DNA of 64,000 nt. It comes from Eledone cirrhosa (Eukaryota). The notes beneath the pieces are model-generated. The model had not been told where the DNA came from and did not search any database. It worked only from the letters and a program-made list of their open reading frames with translations. Made by a program: the position numbers and the translations under genes. The stretch covers positions 24,986,001 through 25,050,000 of the forward strand of contig OZ024761.1 of the NCBI GenBank assembly GCA_964016885.1. Direction: 5' to 3'. Below are positions 43,945-58,240 of this stretch, one piece after another. Within the stretch, counting starts at the first letter, position 1; the number at the start of each line of letters is the position of its first letter.

Positions 43945-44598
43945 TTTGTTTTTTCATTAGCCACAGGGGCGCAAAAGAAGGGGTCAATACGAAGGGGGAA
44001 GTTTACATACATTAAAAACGTAAAATATTATCACAAATGTAATTTAAAAGTTAATCGATTTTCCCCAATAGGGGGAGACATTTCATATGGGTAACACATA
44101 CCCCCCCCCCCCCCGAACAAATGTGCAACCCTCATCTCCATGAGTACGAAGAGAGTACCCCTTTCCGCCCTCTTTTTCCTCAACCTACAGGCCGATATAG
44201 AGAGAAGGCCCATTCACTCGGGCCATTCTCGCCACTTTCACCCACCTTTCATAAAACTTGCTGGGGTACAGCACCTCTCTCTCCATCCTGATTCTTCCTC
44301 CAAAGTGGTATTTGAAAAAAAAAGAATCAGTTGTTGGCCGGAGAGAAAGGTGTCTCACCTCAGCCCTTTCAACCCTGCCCACCATACTGCCTCTTTCGCC
44401 ATAGCTATCACACAAAGGAAAACCGGCTCTCCTTCGTTTTTTAAGGGGGGTGGCGGTTTGATCATGACAATGGACTCGGTGGTCAACCGGATTGGTGCCA
44501 CCCGCGACAATAGTCGTTTTACATAGCCCCACAGGTCGGTGACGCCCGGGCGGTGTATGAATGCGTGCGCGACGGTTTCTTCGTTACGCACGTCGGAC
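43945..44598 (-). mobile_element. Tx1/L1-clade LINE 3' end (copy 2): ORF2 zinc-knuckle region and C-terminus, frameshifted, plus 3' UTR
   Basis: CVRNEETVAHAFIH(R)PGVTDLWGYV..AMAKEAVWW / FFKYHFGGRIRMEREVL..FYERWVKVARMARVNGPSLYIGL*; the C..ET..H.F..C..W pattern is typical of L1/Tx1 ORF2. Confidence 0.85.
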
Positions 44599-46457
44599 TA
44601 TAGATAGATAGATAGATAGAGATAGATATCTTTATTTTCCCACAAGAGAGTTGACAGACATAGATATATAGAGAGACAAGTATATAGAGAGACAAGTATA
44701 TAGAGAGACAAGTATATAGAGAGACAAGTATATAGAGAGATAGCTAGATAGATATAGAGAGACAAGTATATAAATAGATAGATAGGTTAATAGATAAACA
44801 GCATGAGAGTGAGTGAGGGATACAGAACGGGTAGAAAAAAAAGTGAATCAAATCATACACACAGGCCTATGTATATAACCAAGTATTTACCTACGTGTAT
44901 CCGGATAGATGTAAATGTGTGTATAAATGTATACATACATATTATACATGATGTATGCATATATGTATGTACGGATGAGGTTACGATATATATATGTGTG
45001 TGTGTGTGTGTCTGAATCTGTACATAAACAGAGCGAGAATAGAGAGAGAGCGCGAGGAGAGAGAGAAAGACAATAGAGAGAGAGAGAGAAAGACAATAGA
45101 GAGAGAGAGAGAGAAAGACAATAGAGAGAGAGAAAGACAATAGAGAGAGAGAAAGACAATACAGAGAGAGATAGAGAAAGCGAATTGAGAGAGAGAAAGC
45201 GAATTGAGAGAGAGAGAGAGAGATAGAGAAAGCGAATTGAGAGAGAGAGAGAGATAGAGAAAGCGAATTGAGAGAGAGAGAGAGAGATAGAGAAAGCGAA
45301 TTGAGAGAGAGAGATAGAGAAAGCGAATTGAGATAGAGAGAGCGAGAGAGATGGAGAGAGAGAGAGACTAAACGAGAGAGAGAAAGAGAGAGACTGAACG
45401 AGAGACAGAGAAAGAGAGAGGAGGCAGGGAGGGACAGAGAAAGAGAGAGGAGGCAGGGAGGGACAGAGAAAGAGAGAGGAGGCAGGGAGGGACAGAGAAA
45501 GAGAGAGGAGGCAGGGAGGGACAGAGAAAGAGAGAGGCGGGAGGGAGAGACAGAGAGGCAGATGGAGGAAGCATTCAGTATCTAAGATTAGATAGGTTTC
45601 TCACAAGTTGGTTCATATCATTTGACAACAATGTCAGAAGGAATCACATCGACGTTCTATTATTCCTTGGAACCAGTTGCTTTACCATTCGTGTTTCGAT
45701 TTTTCTTCCTTTTTAATTAATTAGCTATCAGCAGTGTTTAAAACGGAGGAAAGGGTTGCTGTCTCTCAATCTGGCTGTCAGCCTGTGAGGTGGTGGTGTG
45801 GTGGGGTGGTGTGGTGGTGTGGTGGTGTGGTGGTGGCGGCGTGGTGGTGGCGGTAGGGTGGCTGTGTAGTGGTGGCTGTGTGGTGTGATGGTGGTGTGGT
45901 GTGGTGGTGGTGTGGTGGTGGTGGTGGTGTGGTGGTGGTGTAGTGGTGTGGTGGGGCTGTCAGTTTGTGTGTATATATGTTTATATGGTTATATTGCTGT
46001 CCGTGTGTCTGGTGATTTTGGTAAGACATGTAATTTTATATATACGCATATACATATATATATATATATACACACACATATATACATATATATATATATA
46101 CACACACATATATACATATATATACATATACACACACACACATATATATATACATATACACACACACATATATATACATATATATACACACATATATATA
46201 TACATATATATTCACACACACACACACATATATATATACATATATACACACACATATATATATATATATACATATATACACACACACATATATATATACA
46301 TATATACACATATATATATACATATACATATATATACACACATATATATATACATATATATACACACACACATATATATATATATACACACACACACATA
46401 TATATATATACACACACACACACATATATATATATACACACACACACATATATATAT

Positions 46458-46488
<31 letters not shown>

Positions 46489-46734
46489 TATATATACACA
46501 TATATACACACATATACACACACATACACATATATATATACACATATATATATACACATATATATATATACACATAAATACATATAAATACACACAAATA
46601 CATATATAAATACATATATATATGTGTGTGTATATATATATGTGTGTGTATGCATATATGATTGTATATATCTATGTTTGGGTCTATATATGTCTATATA
46701 TGTATGTGTGTATGTGCATATATGATTGAATATG

Positions 46735-46766
<32 letters not shown>

Positions 46767-46904
46767 GAGAAAGACGAGGTGGAGAAAGAACAGTAACGCA
46801 GTTAAGCATACAGACGTGCATATATGGATATACACCAATATATACAAACATACGCACAAATGAACACAATAATATACTCAGATACATTATACCTACACAT
46901 ACAT

Positions 46905-46954
<50 letters not shown>

Positions 46955-47127
46955 TGTATATATACACACGTATATTTACACATATACACATATATACACA
47001 TACATACACACGTATATATACATATATATATATACACACATGTATACACATTGTATATATATATATGTATACACATTGTATATATACACATGTATATATA
47101 TATATACACATTGTATATATAAACATG

Positions 47128-47169
<42 letters not shown>

Positions 47170-47204
47170 GTATATATATTGTATATATACACACACATTA
47201 TATA

Positions 47205-47244
<40 letters not shown>

Positions 47245-47360
47245 GTAAACAGTTACATACAATATGTAGAAAGCTACTGTACATACAATAATTAAACAAT
47301 ATCTTGAAACATGCCATACATGCGTTAATGCACACAATACATTTCATTCTCTCTCTTTCA

Positions 47361-47401
47361 GTAGTCAACAGAGCAGCTAGTGTGATCTATTGTGAGATCT
47401 G
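47361..47401 (+). CDS. Candidate terminal exon start (VNRAASVIYCEI*)
   Basis: Strong acceptor TTTCATTCTCTCTCTTTCAG followed by unique sequence. Confidence 0.2.
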
Positions 47402-47814
47402 AAGCGAAAACCAGCTCTAAAGATCAGACATATTGTAACAGAAGCGCAAACATAAGGAGTTTGTTAGCTGACTGCATTACTATTACACTGCATAGGGATG
47501 GGGTGGGTTATATAGTGATAATGTTTTGGTTGTTTGGTTGTAGTGCTAGAGGTGGTGGGTTATATAGGGATGATGGATTGTTGGGGTTGTTGGTAGAGTG
47601 GCGGTATATATAGAGACGAGGGGTTGGTTGGTTGGGTGGTGGTGGGCTGTGAGCCTCTTTTAAAGCTCGTCTTTTCAAAGGGTACAATCAACATAATTAA
47701 CTTTGCCTATATGTCAAGAGAATCGATCGATGTTTTACGATAACAATCTAAGCTATCTATCTGACTTTCTATTTATTTATCCATATATCTATCTACCGCT
47801 GCACACAACCCCCA

Positions 47815-47859
<45 letters not shown>

Positions 47860-47903
47860 AGTGTGTGTTTATATATATGTATATATGTGTGTGAGTGTGT
47901 GTG

Positions 47904-47934
<31 letters not shown>

Positions 47935-49170
47935 ATCTATGTATGTATATATACATATACATTGTGTGTGTGTGTGTGTGCATATATGTATATTCATCGA
48001 TGCATCAATATATCTATAAATCAGAATGTGTTAGTCTCATTCTCAATCAATCTTTCTTTCCTTCTCTCCCTCTTACTGCATCTCACTTTCTCACTGCACC
48101 TCTCTCTAATATGCGTACATAGATATCTGTAAACGAAAATACACACCAATGCGCACACTTACACATACCTACATAGATATTTTCTTACATACTCATGCAG
48201 CTACCTTCATACATACATAGATACCTACATACAAATACACACGTTTTACTACACACACACACACACACACACGCGCCCATTTAAGCCTTCCCGTCCAACC
48301 GATATTGTACATGTCAAATTATGTAAACCGTATTTCTATGAAGGGGGTGCTAGTGTCGCGGAATGGTGGTAGTGTGTGCGGCGGTGGGGGTGTTAGTGTG
48401 TGCGTGGCGGTGGAGGTGTTAGTGTGCGTGGCGGTGCGGTGCTAGTGCGTGGTGGAGGTGTTGGTGCGGCGGCAGTGTTGCAGCGGCAGCGACAGTGGTG
48501 CACCGGCGGTGTTGCCGTTGATGGTGGTGAAGCTGTTGGTGGAGTTGAGGTGCGGTGGGGGCCTCTTAGTACTAGTGGTGGTGGAGGTGACGTGATGGTG
48601 GAGGTGACGTGGGGGTGGCGGTAACGTGGTGGCGGCGGTGACGTGGTGGCGGAGGTGACGTGGTGGTGGAGGTGACGTGGTGGCGGAGGTGACGTGGTGG
48701 CGGAGGTGACGTGGTGGCGGAGGTGACGTAGTGGTGGAGGTGACGTAGTGGTGGTGGTGGTGGTGGTGGTGATATAGTGCTGGTGGTGGTGGTGGTGGTG
48801 GTGGTGGCGATAGTGATGTAGTATAGGTGGTGGTAGTGATGTAGTCCTGATGGTGGTAGTGATGTAGTCCTGGTGGTGGTAGTGATGTATTCCTGGTGGT
48901 GGTAGTGATGTAGTCCTCGTGGTGGTAGTGATGTAGTCCTGGTGGTGGTAGTGATGTAGTATTGGTGGTGGAGGGGATGTAGTCTTGGTGGTGGTAGTGA
49001 TGTAGTGCTGGGTTTTTTTCTGTTACTGGCTGTGGGTGCTGTTGTCGACACACTCCAGTGTTGTTACTCGGAGAACATTGTAAGCGTAGAGGGTATATGA
49101 TGCGCAAGAATGGATATGTGAGTCAGAAGAAGGTAAATATTGGAGGTGATCTATGTAGGAAGAGAGGAGT

Positions 49171-49957
49171 GAAGGGTGGCTGTGCTGTGTAGCGGGTGAG
49201 GCTGGTGGAAATGGGTGGAATAGGTGTAGAGGAGGGTAGAGTGTTGTGTAGTGGGTGATGCTGGTGGAATGGGTGCAGTAGGTATAGAGGCGGGTGGAGT
49301 GTTGTGTAGCGGGTGATGCATGTAGTAGTAGAGTGGAACAGAAGGTGGCTGTGCTGTGTAGCGGGTGAGGCTGGTGGAAATGGGTGGAATAAGTGTAGAG
49401 GAGGGTAGAGTGTTGTGTAGTGGGTGATGCTGGTGGAATGGGTGCAGTAGGTATAGAGGAGGGTGGAGTGTTGTGTAGCGGGTGATGCATGTAGGAGTAG
49501 AGTGGAACAGAAGGTGGCTGTGCTGTGTAGCGGGTGAAGCTGGTGGAAATGGGTGGAATAGGTGTAGAGGAGGGTAGAGTGTTGTGTAGCGGGTGATGCA
49601 TGTGCAGTGTAGCGGGTGAGGCTGGTGGAATGGATGGAGTAGGTGTAGAGTGGAGCGGAGGGTGGATGTGTTGTGTAGCGGGTGATGCTGGTGGAATGGA
49701 TGGAGTAGGTGTAGAGTGGAGCGGAGTGTGGATGTGTTGTGTAGCGGGTGATGCTGGTGGAATGGATGGAGTAGGTGTAGAGTGGAGCGGAGGGTGGATG
49801 TGTTGTGTAGCGGGTGATGCTGGTGGAATGGATGGAGTAGGTGTGGAGTGGAGCGGAGGGTGGATGTGTTGTGTAGCGGGTGATGCTGGTGGAATGGATG
49901 GAGTAGGTGTAGAGTGGAGCGGAGGGTGGATGTGTTGTGTAGCGGGTGATGCTGGTG
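49171..49957. repeat. Minisatellite with 169-bp higher-order units (about 2.5 copies) switching to a 66-bp unit (5 copies), shared core GTTGTGTAGCGGGTGATGCTGGTGGAATGG
   Basis: Markers at 49181, 49350, 49519 and at 49675, 49741, 49807, 49873, 49939. Confidence 0.9.
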
Positions 49958-50059
49958 AAAGGAGTGGAGTAGAGGTTGTCGTAAGGTGGGCTGCGGCATT
50001 ACATTTTCGGTTGAATACTTCAAAGTGGATGAGTCAATAATGGAAATGGAACGCCAAAT

Positions 50060-52230
50060 ATATCATCATCGGCACCGTCACCATCATATGCAGCAGCAGC
50101 AGCGACATCATCATCATCATCATCAGCACCAACAACAGTATCATCATCAGCAGCCACACCATCATCATCACAGCCAATATCAATATCAACATGAACATAA
50201 ACACCACCTCCATTGTTAAATTCTTCGGCATAATCCTCACTATCACTACTACTACTACTACTACCATGACCACTACTTCCACCACCACCACCACCACCAC
50301 ACCCTACCAACACCACAACCACCACCACAACCAACAACGACTACGACGACCATCACCACAATGACCACTCACTACCAACACCACAACCACCACCACCACC
50401 ACAATGACCACCAACACCACTATAACCACCACCACAAGCACAAAACGACTATGACGACGACGACCACCACCACCACAATGACCACTCACTACCAACACCA
50501 CTATAACCAACACCACAAGCACAACAACGACTACGACGACCACCACCACCACCACCACAATGACCACTCACTACCAACACCACTATAACCACCACCACAA
50601 CCATAACAACGACTTCGACCATCACCACCACCACCACCACAATGACCACTCACTACCAACACCACTATAACCACCACCACCACAACGACCACCACAACCA
50701 CAATGACCACCACAACCACAATGCCCACTCACGACCAACACCACTATAACCACCACCACCACAACCACCACCACCACCACCACAATGACCACCACCACCA
50801 CCACCACAACCACCACCACCACCACAATGACCACCCACTACCAACACCACTATAACCACCACCACCACCACAACAACAACGACTACAACCACTACCGCCA
50901 CAATGACCACTGCCACCATCAACATCATCGTATCATTATTTTCATCGTCGCCATCATCATCATCATCATCATCGCCACCACCATCATCGTCGCCATCGTC
51001 ATCGTCACCACCACCACCACCAGTCATAACTGCTGCAAAACAAGATGTCTGACGCTCTGTGGCTCCTGCCAATCCACCGCCTAATACCCACTACCTTGAT
51101 AATAATAATATTATGTTCGTCTTAGATATATTATGCGGCCTAGAATCTGATGAGGTGTTCGTCGTTGGAACGTCTTTGATGACGTGACTGCTGGAGTCAG
51201 GGATTTGACCTGCTGATAGAAACTTCAAACGGCTCGTCACCTTTATTATCGCCGTTACTCTCACCGTCATTTGATGTCTGTGCTGTTATCACCACCGCCA
51301 CCGCCACCACGACTATCAACACCGCCGCCACCACCATCGTCTCCATCATCATCATCATCATCGTTTCCATCATCTCCACCACCACCATCGTCTCCACCAC
51401 AACCATCGTCTCCATCATCTCCACCACCAGCACCACCATCTCCACCGTCATCATCTCCACAATCACCATCACCACCACCGTCATCTCCACCACCACCACC
51501 ACCATCATCATCTCCACCATCATCATCTCCACCATCATCATCACCACCACCATCTCCACAATCATCACCACCATCTCCACCATCATCACCACCACCACCA
51601 CCATCTCCACAATCACCACCATCTCCACAATCACCACCATCATGTCCACCATCATCATCACCACCACCACCTCCATCTCCACCACCACCGCTATCATCAA
51701 CATCATCAACATCAACGCTATCATCATCATGACCATCATCGTCTACCTCAATTTTCTAGTAATCATCATCATCATCGCCATCATCATCATCTTCAACACT
51801 ATCATCATCATCATCGCCATCATCATCACTATCATTGCCACTATTATCTTCAACACCACCATAAACATTACCATCCCCACCACCATCATCATCATACAAC
51901 CACATCACCGCCATCACCATCACCATCACCACCACCACCACATCCACCACCATCACCATCCGACTCATTATCAACACGGCCATCACCACCCCCATAAACG
52001 CCGTCAACCCGATCACCACCACCACCACCACTATCATCAACAAAACAACTATCACCTCCACCATCACCATTACTACTCTCATCATCATCATACCCACCAC
52101 CACCACCACCACCACCATACCAGTTACCACCACTATCATCAACAAAACAACTATCACCTCCATCATCACCATACCCACCACCACCATCATCGCAATTACC
52201 TCCACTATCATCATCATCATCATCAACGTT
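50060..52230. repeat. (CAC/CAT)n low-complexity region with embedded minisatellite CACAATGACCACTCACTACCAACACCACTATAAC and small unique islands
   Basis: Direct reading. Confidence 0.85.
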
Positions 52231-52438
52231 ATGTAGAAAACCATTAATAAGGTGACACGACGTCTTCCAGCAGACACGGGGTTTCCTGCGTCATCGCTGT
52301 ACAGACCCGTACTAAAATACACCTGACATTGTATTGCTAACTGTCTCCCCTGATGAACTGGGCCATTATACTTGAGTAACTGCAGCAGACTTAAATCATA
52401 CTTGCACACACTCACAAATTATATATATATATATATAT

Positions 52439-53010
52439 AACGAAGGAAATGTGGTAAGGAACTAGGTGGACCATAACGCACCAAAGTACTCAATACGTAG
52501 GGTAGTAGAGTGGGTAATAGGAACGAATAGGACTAATTCATATATATATATATATATATATATGAGTTTAAATAGAAAAGGCTTCTACAGGACTAGTACT
52601 GTTTCATTCGTATGAAATCTATAATATGAGTAGGGAGGTATATAGTCCTACACATTGTGTACTCTAAGTAATTGGTCAATATAACATGTAACACACACAC
52701 TATACTATATATATATATATATATAACAAAGGAATTGTGGTAAGGAACCAGATGGACCATAACGCACCAGAGTACTCAATACTTAGGGTAGAATAGTGAA
52801 AAATATTTTCCTATATATATATATATAACGAAGGAGTTGTGGTAAGGAACCAGATGGACCATAACGCACCAGAATAGAGTGGATAATAGGAGAACGTAAG
52901 ACCCTGACGGCAGAGCTCAAGCCGTTTCGACGGCTATTTCTGGACTAAAGTCTTTAGTCCAGAAATAACTGTTGAAACGGCTTCAACTCTACCGTCGGGG
53001 TGATACTTTC
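52439..53010 (+). mobile_element. Cluster of three family C copies and one family B fragment, each in (TA)n
   Basis: Termini at about 52439, 52724 and 52826; palindrome centred on GGACTAAAG-T-CTTTAGTCC near 52950. Confidence 0.88.
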
Positions 53011-53017
53011 TTCTATA

Positions 53018-53053
<36 letters not shown>

Positions 53054-53333
53054 AATGGAAGTACAGCATACTCGAAGCTAGAGCCGCAGCTAAGCCGACG
53101 AATGCAATCAGAAGTGCAGCCAAGCACTCGATAAGGTATAAAACCTTATAGTAATAACCAACCATTTAAAGGGCTTTTCAAATTGAAGATAGCGACCGGT
53201 AATTCAGTCGCGGAGACCGTAGCACCGAATGGACTGACTCGCGAGAGAGAAAAACACACACACACCCTTCCACCGTTTTCCCTCCCTCCCCCCATCTTTT
53301 CTAAATGTCTCTCCACCACTACTAGCCCACACA

Positions 53334-53394
53334 CCTTTCTCCTGAAGCAGGGCTTATGCCCGAAACGTGGTACCCTACCACTCTCAAGAGAGTG
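53334..53394 (+). ncRNA. Degenerate hammerhead ribozyme in a Penelope-like pLTR fragment (about 53050-53440)
   Basis: CTGAAGCA-GGGC-TTAT-GCCC-GAAAC-GTGGTA-CCC-TACCAC; one core substitution and an imperfect cleavage site. Confidence 0.55.
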
Positions 53395-53685
53395 CACCTA
53401 ACAAACCTTTGTACTGCCTCGGTTCCTACCCAAGTTTTCACTATATATATATATATATATATAATTAAACACGTGATAGTCTATATATAGGTATATATGA
53501 ATAAAGTGTGTGAGTGTGCGTGATAATAATGTAATATATAGTATTTAAATGAATGAAAGTAAGTCTACACGCATATGATTAAATTGTTATATATATAGCA
53601 CGGTTCTGTGAAATTATATTCCTATATTGATTGGTGTGTGTGGATATGTGTGCTTGTGTGTTGGTGATTGAGTGTTTATATATAT

Positions 53686-53873
53686 AAAGGATTTGTGGTA
53701 AGGAACCAGATGGACCATAACGCACCAGAGTACTTAATACTTAGGATAGTATAGTGGTAATAGGAAAAATTATTACCCCGACGGCACATCTCTAACCGTT
53801 TAGACGGCTATTCCTGAGTCCAGAAATAGCCGGCGAAACGGCTTAAGCCCTGCCGTCGGTGTCATAATTTTCC
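53686..53873 (+). mobile_element. Family C palindromic element
   Basis: Terminus plus arms CCGACGGCA..CCGTTT.GACGGCTATT / AATAGCCG.CGAAACGG..TGCCGTCGG. Confidence 0.88.
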
Positions 53874-54158
53874 CTATATATATATATATATATATTACAA
53901 CCACCACGCATCTGTATTGCTTATATACATTTGTAATTAATACTATATATGTATAGAGATATTGTTGTGTGTGTATGGAGAGCGAGAGAGCGAGATAGTT
54001 GTGTATAGAGAGAGAGAGAGAGATAGATAGATACACTCACGTACATAAGTATATACATACATATATAAATATATGCACAAATACATACACACATACGTAT
54101 ATACATAGACAAACAAATATAAGCATAAATACATACACATACATATATACATACACAA

Positions 54159-54205
<47 letters not shown>

Positions 54206-54226
54206 TATACACACATGTGTATCTGC

Positions 54227-54266
<40 letters not shown>

Positions 54267-54458
54267 TTATATACACATTTGTATCTGCATTATTATATAT
54301 ATATATACACATTTATATATATAAACATCTATATACACATATGTGTATCTGCATTTATATATATATATACATTTATATATATATGCATTTATATACACAT
54401 ATGTGTATCTGCATTTATATATATATATATATCTATATATACATTTATATATATATGC

Positions 54459-54492
<34 letters not shown>

Positions 54493-54506
54493 TTACATAT
54501 ATATGC

Positions 54507-54547
<41 letters not shown>

Positions 54548-54700
54548 TTTATATATATGTGTGTGTGTATCTGCATTTATACACATACATACATATATAC
54601 ACACACATATATACATACACACATATATATATATACATACATACATACACAAACACATATATACATACACATACACACACACATACACACACAAACATAT

Positions 54701-54738
<38 letters not shown>

Positions 54739-54856
54739 AGCAATTCTTGAAAATGGTGGCGTTTCTATTCTATAGAATTTCAAAAAGGGCACCTGGGAAT
54801 TGCAGAACATTAGAGCTACATTCCTGTAGTTAGAGCATCTCTTTTCATTTTTACAG

Positions 54857-54998
54857 ATTTCTGAAGAATGGTGCGAATCATTTCGATCGAGGAATTCTCG
54901 CTGCCATTATCATTGAAGCCATTATAATGGTTTTAATTTCCGTTGGAACTATTTTTTTTTTTCAATTCTGTAGCTCCTTCATACCATAATTACCTTAG
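54857..54998 (+). CDS. Candidate exon encoding a transmembrane helix ([35 protein letters not shown]..)
   Basis: Strong acceptor CTTTTCATTTTTACAG, donor TAG|GTATAT; as assembled it stops at 54986-54988, but with one T fewer in the T11 run it is an open 141-nt phase 2-2 exon. Confidence 0.45.
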
Positions 54999-54999
54999 G

Positions 55000-55033
<34 letters not shown>

Positions 55034-55085
55034 ATATATATATATTTGTATATATGCAAGTTTATATATATGCAATATTAGAACG

Positions 55086-55116
<31 letters not shown>

Positions 55117-55167
55117 GGGTGTGCGTGTGTGAATATATATATATATATATACGTGTATATATATATA

Positions 55168-55235
<68 letters not shown>

Positions 55236-55637
55236 CGTGTATATATATATATATATGTGTGTATATATATATATATATGTATATATATATACGTGTGTAT
55301 ATATATATATATGTGTGTATATATATATATGTGTGTATATATATATATATGTGTGTATATATATATATATGTGTGTATATATATATATATGTGTATATAT
55401 ATATATGTGTATATATATATATGTGTGTATATATATATATGTGTGTGTATATATATATGTGTGTGTATATATATATATGTGTGTATATATATATATATGT
55501 GTGTATATATATATATATATGTGTGTATATATATATATATATGTGTGTATATATATATATATATATGTGTGTGTATATATATATATATATGTGTGTATAT
55601 ATATATGTGTGTGTATATATATATATATATGTGTGTG

Positions 55638-55668
<31 letters not shown>

Positions 55669-55945
55669 ATATAGATATATGTGTGTGTATATATAGATAT
55701 ATGTGTGTGTATATATATATATGTGTGTATATATATATATATATGTGTGTATATATATATATGTGTGTGTATATATATATATATATACATGTGTGTATAT
55801 ATATATATATGTGTGTGTGTATATATATATGTGTGTGTGTATATATATATATATGTGTATATATATATATATGTTTGTGTGTATATATATATATATATGT
55901 GTGTATATATATATATATCTGTATATATATATATATATGTATGTT

Positions 55946-55982
<37 letters not shown>

Positions 55983-56089
55983 ATATATATATATATGTGT
56001 GTGTGTATATATATATATGTGTGTGTATATATATATGTCTATATATATATATATGTGTATATATATATATGTGTATATATATATATGTG

Positions 56090-56120
<31 letters not shown>

Positions 56121-56652
56121 GTGTATATATATATATATGTGTATATATATATATATATGTGTATGTATATATATATGTGTATATATATATGTGTATATAT
56201 ATGTATATATATGTGTGTATATATATATATATATATGCATATATATGTGTGTATATATGTATATATATGTGTGTATGTATATATATGTATATATATGTGT
56301 GTATGCATATATGTGTGTATATATATGTGTATATATATGTATATATATATGTGTGTATGCATATGTATATACATATATGTGTGTATATATATGTATATAT
56401 ATGTGTGTATGCATATGTATATACATATATGTATATATATGTATATACACATATATGTATATACACATGTATATACACATATATGTATATACTCATATGT
56501 ATATAGACATATGTATATAGACATATATGTATATAGACATATGTATATAGACATATATGCATATAGACATATGTATATACACATATGTATATACACATGT
56601 ATTTACATATTTATTTACATATATGTATTTACATATATTTATATGCATATCG

Positions 56653-56708
<56 letters not shown>

Positions 56709-56720
56709 ACATATATCTAT
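55000..56720. repeat. Long (TA)n/(TG)n compound microsatellite
   Basis: Direct reading. Confidence 0.97.
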
Positions 56721-57199
56721 ATGTATATTTATGCATGTGTGTATACATCAACTTACACAAAAATTAATTAGAATACACTTTGTGCACACATACCTACATA
56801 CATATATAAAACATGTATGTATATACCTACATACATACATACATACATATAACTAATTATACATACATTTATATACAAGTATTTGTGCACACATACCTAC
56901 ATACATATATAAAACATATGTATGTATATACCTACCTACATACATACATATAACTAATTATACATACATTTATATACAAATATTCATGCTCGTATATTCA
57001 CATAATTTTCCCTTTCAGAATCTCACCCTCCCACTACCTTCATATACATATATACACATACATACGTTTGTACGTACATACATAGATACATATGCACATA
57101 TTATATACACATATACATAGAGACGTACATACAAGCATATTTATATATACATGTATACATACAGATATACCTACATCCAGAAAAACAATATAATATATC

Positions 57200-57248
<49 letters not shown>

Positions 57249-57436
57249 TTATGTATACAGACATATATATATACATTTATATATAAACATATATCCATAC
57301 ATAGAGGCAGAAATATTTTTGTATGTATATATATATATACATGCATACATACATTTATGTATACAGACATAAATATATATATATTATATATATATACATT
57401 TATATATAAACATATTCAATAATAGAGGCAGAAATA

Positions 57437-57485
<49 letters not shown>

Positions 57486-57525
57486 TATTTATATATAAAC
57501 ATATTCAATAATAGAGGCAGAAATA

Positions 57526-57565
<40 letters not shown>

Positions 57566-57784
57566 CATGCATACATACACGTACATACATACATACATAC
57601 ACATATAGAACTACATATACATATATTCACGTATGCCAAGAAAAACAAGCACCAACCCCGTGGCAAGTGTAACCCCTCACTGTGGCAGTAAACGTCATCC
57701 TATATATCAATCTTAATACAAAGACATGTCTCCTCAAATATATTTCCTCACACTCTCTGAATCTCAATCAAACACCATCTGACA

Positions 57785-58240
57785 TATACGTAGACATACA
57801 CACACACTATAGCTCACATAAACATACACAGGTGCCCCCTCACACATACGCAGACACACAGTATAGCTCACATAAACATACACAGGTGCCCCCTCACACA
57901 TACGCAGACACACAGTATAGCTCACATAAACATACACAGGTGCCCCCTCACACATACGCAGACACACACACACAGTATAGCTCACATAAACACACGTACC
58001 CGTACAAATACATACGTACATACATACATAAACGCTCACGTAAACATACACGTGTCCCTCACACATACGCAGATACACAGGGTAGCTCACATAAACACGT
58101 ACCCGTACAAATACATACATACATACATACATACATACATACATACATACATACACCAACGTTCACAAACATACACCCGTGTCCCTCATACACACACTAT
58201 CGCTCAAATAAACATACGTGCCCGTACACACACTCGTAGA
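57785..58240. repeat. 54-bp minisatellite AGCTCACATAAACATACACAGGTGCCCCCTCACACATACGCAGACACACAGTAT
   Basis: Three near-perfect copies plus degenerate ones. Confidence 0.9.

Noticed and set aside
51147-51175. CTGATGAG as a hammerhead core (also reverse complement at about 5635-5643)
   Set aside because: No GAAA, stem III or stem I arrangement follows
57682-58239. 185-aa ORF with 18-aa repeats
   Set aside because: A CA-rich 54-bp minisatellite that is open in several frames by composition
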